Shown here in pieces: positions 14,397 through 14,647 of a DNA stretch of 14,647 nucleotides; the first letter of the stretch is position 1; each line of letters begins with the position of its first letter. Position numbers and translations under genes: made by a program. The notes beneath the pieces are model-generated. The model was given only the letters and a program-made list of their open reading frames with translations. It was not told where the DNA came from and made no database searches. The stretch comes from Thermoproteaceae archaeon (GTDB taxonomy: Archaea; Thermoproteota; Thermoprotei; Thermoproteales; Thermoproteaceae). The stretch is from contig JAJHRB010000040.1 of the NCBI GenBank assembly GCA_020833025.1, forward strand, positions 1-14,647, in the 5' to 3' direction.

Positions 14397-14647
14397 ATGC
14401 CGCGCTACAGGCCGATAGTCATCAAATACCCCCTGCCCTGCGCGCTGGCGCGAATCATCAAGTGCGGCGACAGGGAGCACCCCTGGCAGATGTGTCTCTC
14501 GCTGGCGGGCCCGTCGAGAGAGCTCGCCGAGCTGCTCGTGCAGACGCGGCGGGTGACCCTGTACGTGGCCGTGCGGGAGAGGCTCTACGGCTGGCGCGCC
14601 CGCCTCTGCCGCGTTAAGAGACACGTGTATCAATTCTGCCTGCTGGC
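14397..14647 (+). CDS. Hypothetical protein, 3'-truncated by the window; absent from the supplied ORF track
   Basis: ATG 14397 lies about 22-27 nt after TTTAAG (14370-14375). The frame stays open to the end: MPRYRPIVIKYPLPCALARIIKCGDREHPWQMCLSLAGPSRELAELLVQTRRVTLYVAVRERLYGWRARLCRVKRHVYQFCLL... Confidence 0.72.
   Translation, partial: MPRYRPIVIKYPLPCALARIIKCGDREHPWQMCLSLAGPSRELAELLVQTRRVTLYVAVRERLYGWRARLCRVKRHVYQFCLL

Larger units (their letters stand above)
6757..14647. mobile_element. Putative tRNA-Glu-adjacent integrated plasmid/virus-like element, extending past the window end
   Basis: Starts right after the tRNA CCA and contains a primase, a P-loop-like protein, a serine recombinase, orphan genes and repeat arrays. 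G+C looks higher than in core genes (hand counts: 47/60 at 12781-12840 versus 33/60 at 5641-5700). No att duplication or tyrosine integrase is seen in the window. Confidence 0.72.

Noticed and set aside
14193-14633. 146-aa minus-strand ORF
   Set aside because: It overlaps the recombinase 3' end in antisense and conflicts with the TATA-supported plus-strand gene at 14397.

Overview
The window looks like a GC-rich Thermoproteales (Thermoproteus/Pyrobaculum-like) archaeal chromosome segment, judged from SmAP3, Rpo8, a group II chaperonin, TATA-led apparently leaderless genes and a D-loop tRNA intron. It has three parts. (1) 1-1026: the 3' part of an IS200/IS605-type tnpB with a structured right end, abutting a decayed N-terminal fragment of a TtuA/TtcA-like PP-loop gene exactly at its SGGKDS motif. 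(2) 1142-6756: housekeeping genes (lhr helicase, SmAP3, rpo8, thermosome, intron-containing tRNA-Glu(CUC)). (3) 6757 to beyond 14647: a more GC-rich putative integrated element directly after the tRNA. It carries an orphan gene, a phased 11-bp repeat array, and a five-gene overlapping operon. That operon includes a 976-aa P-loop-like protein with a lysine-less Walker A and a primase that appears to fuse PriS to the PriL C-terminal domain and has a His-to-Arg motif II. Next come an inverted 3x9-bp repeat pair, a small serine recombinase, and a truncated gene that appears paralogous to the first operon gene. No tyrosine integrase or second att copy is visible in the window. All family assignments come from motif recognition by eye; no database searches were run.
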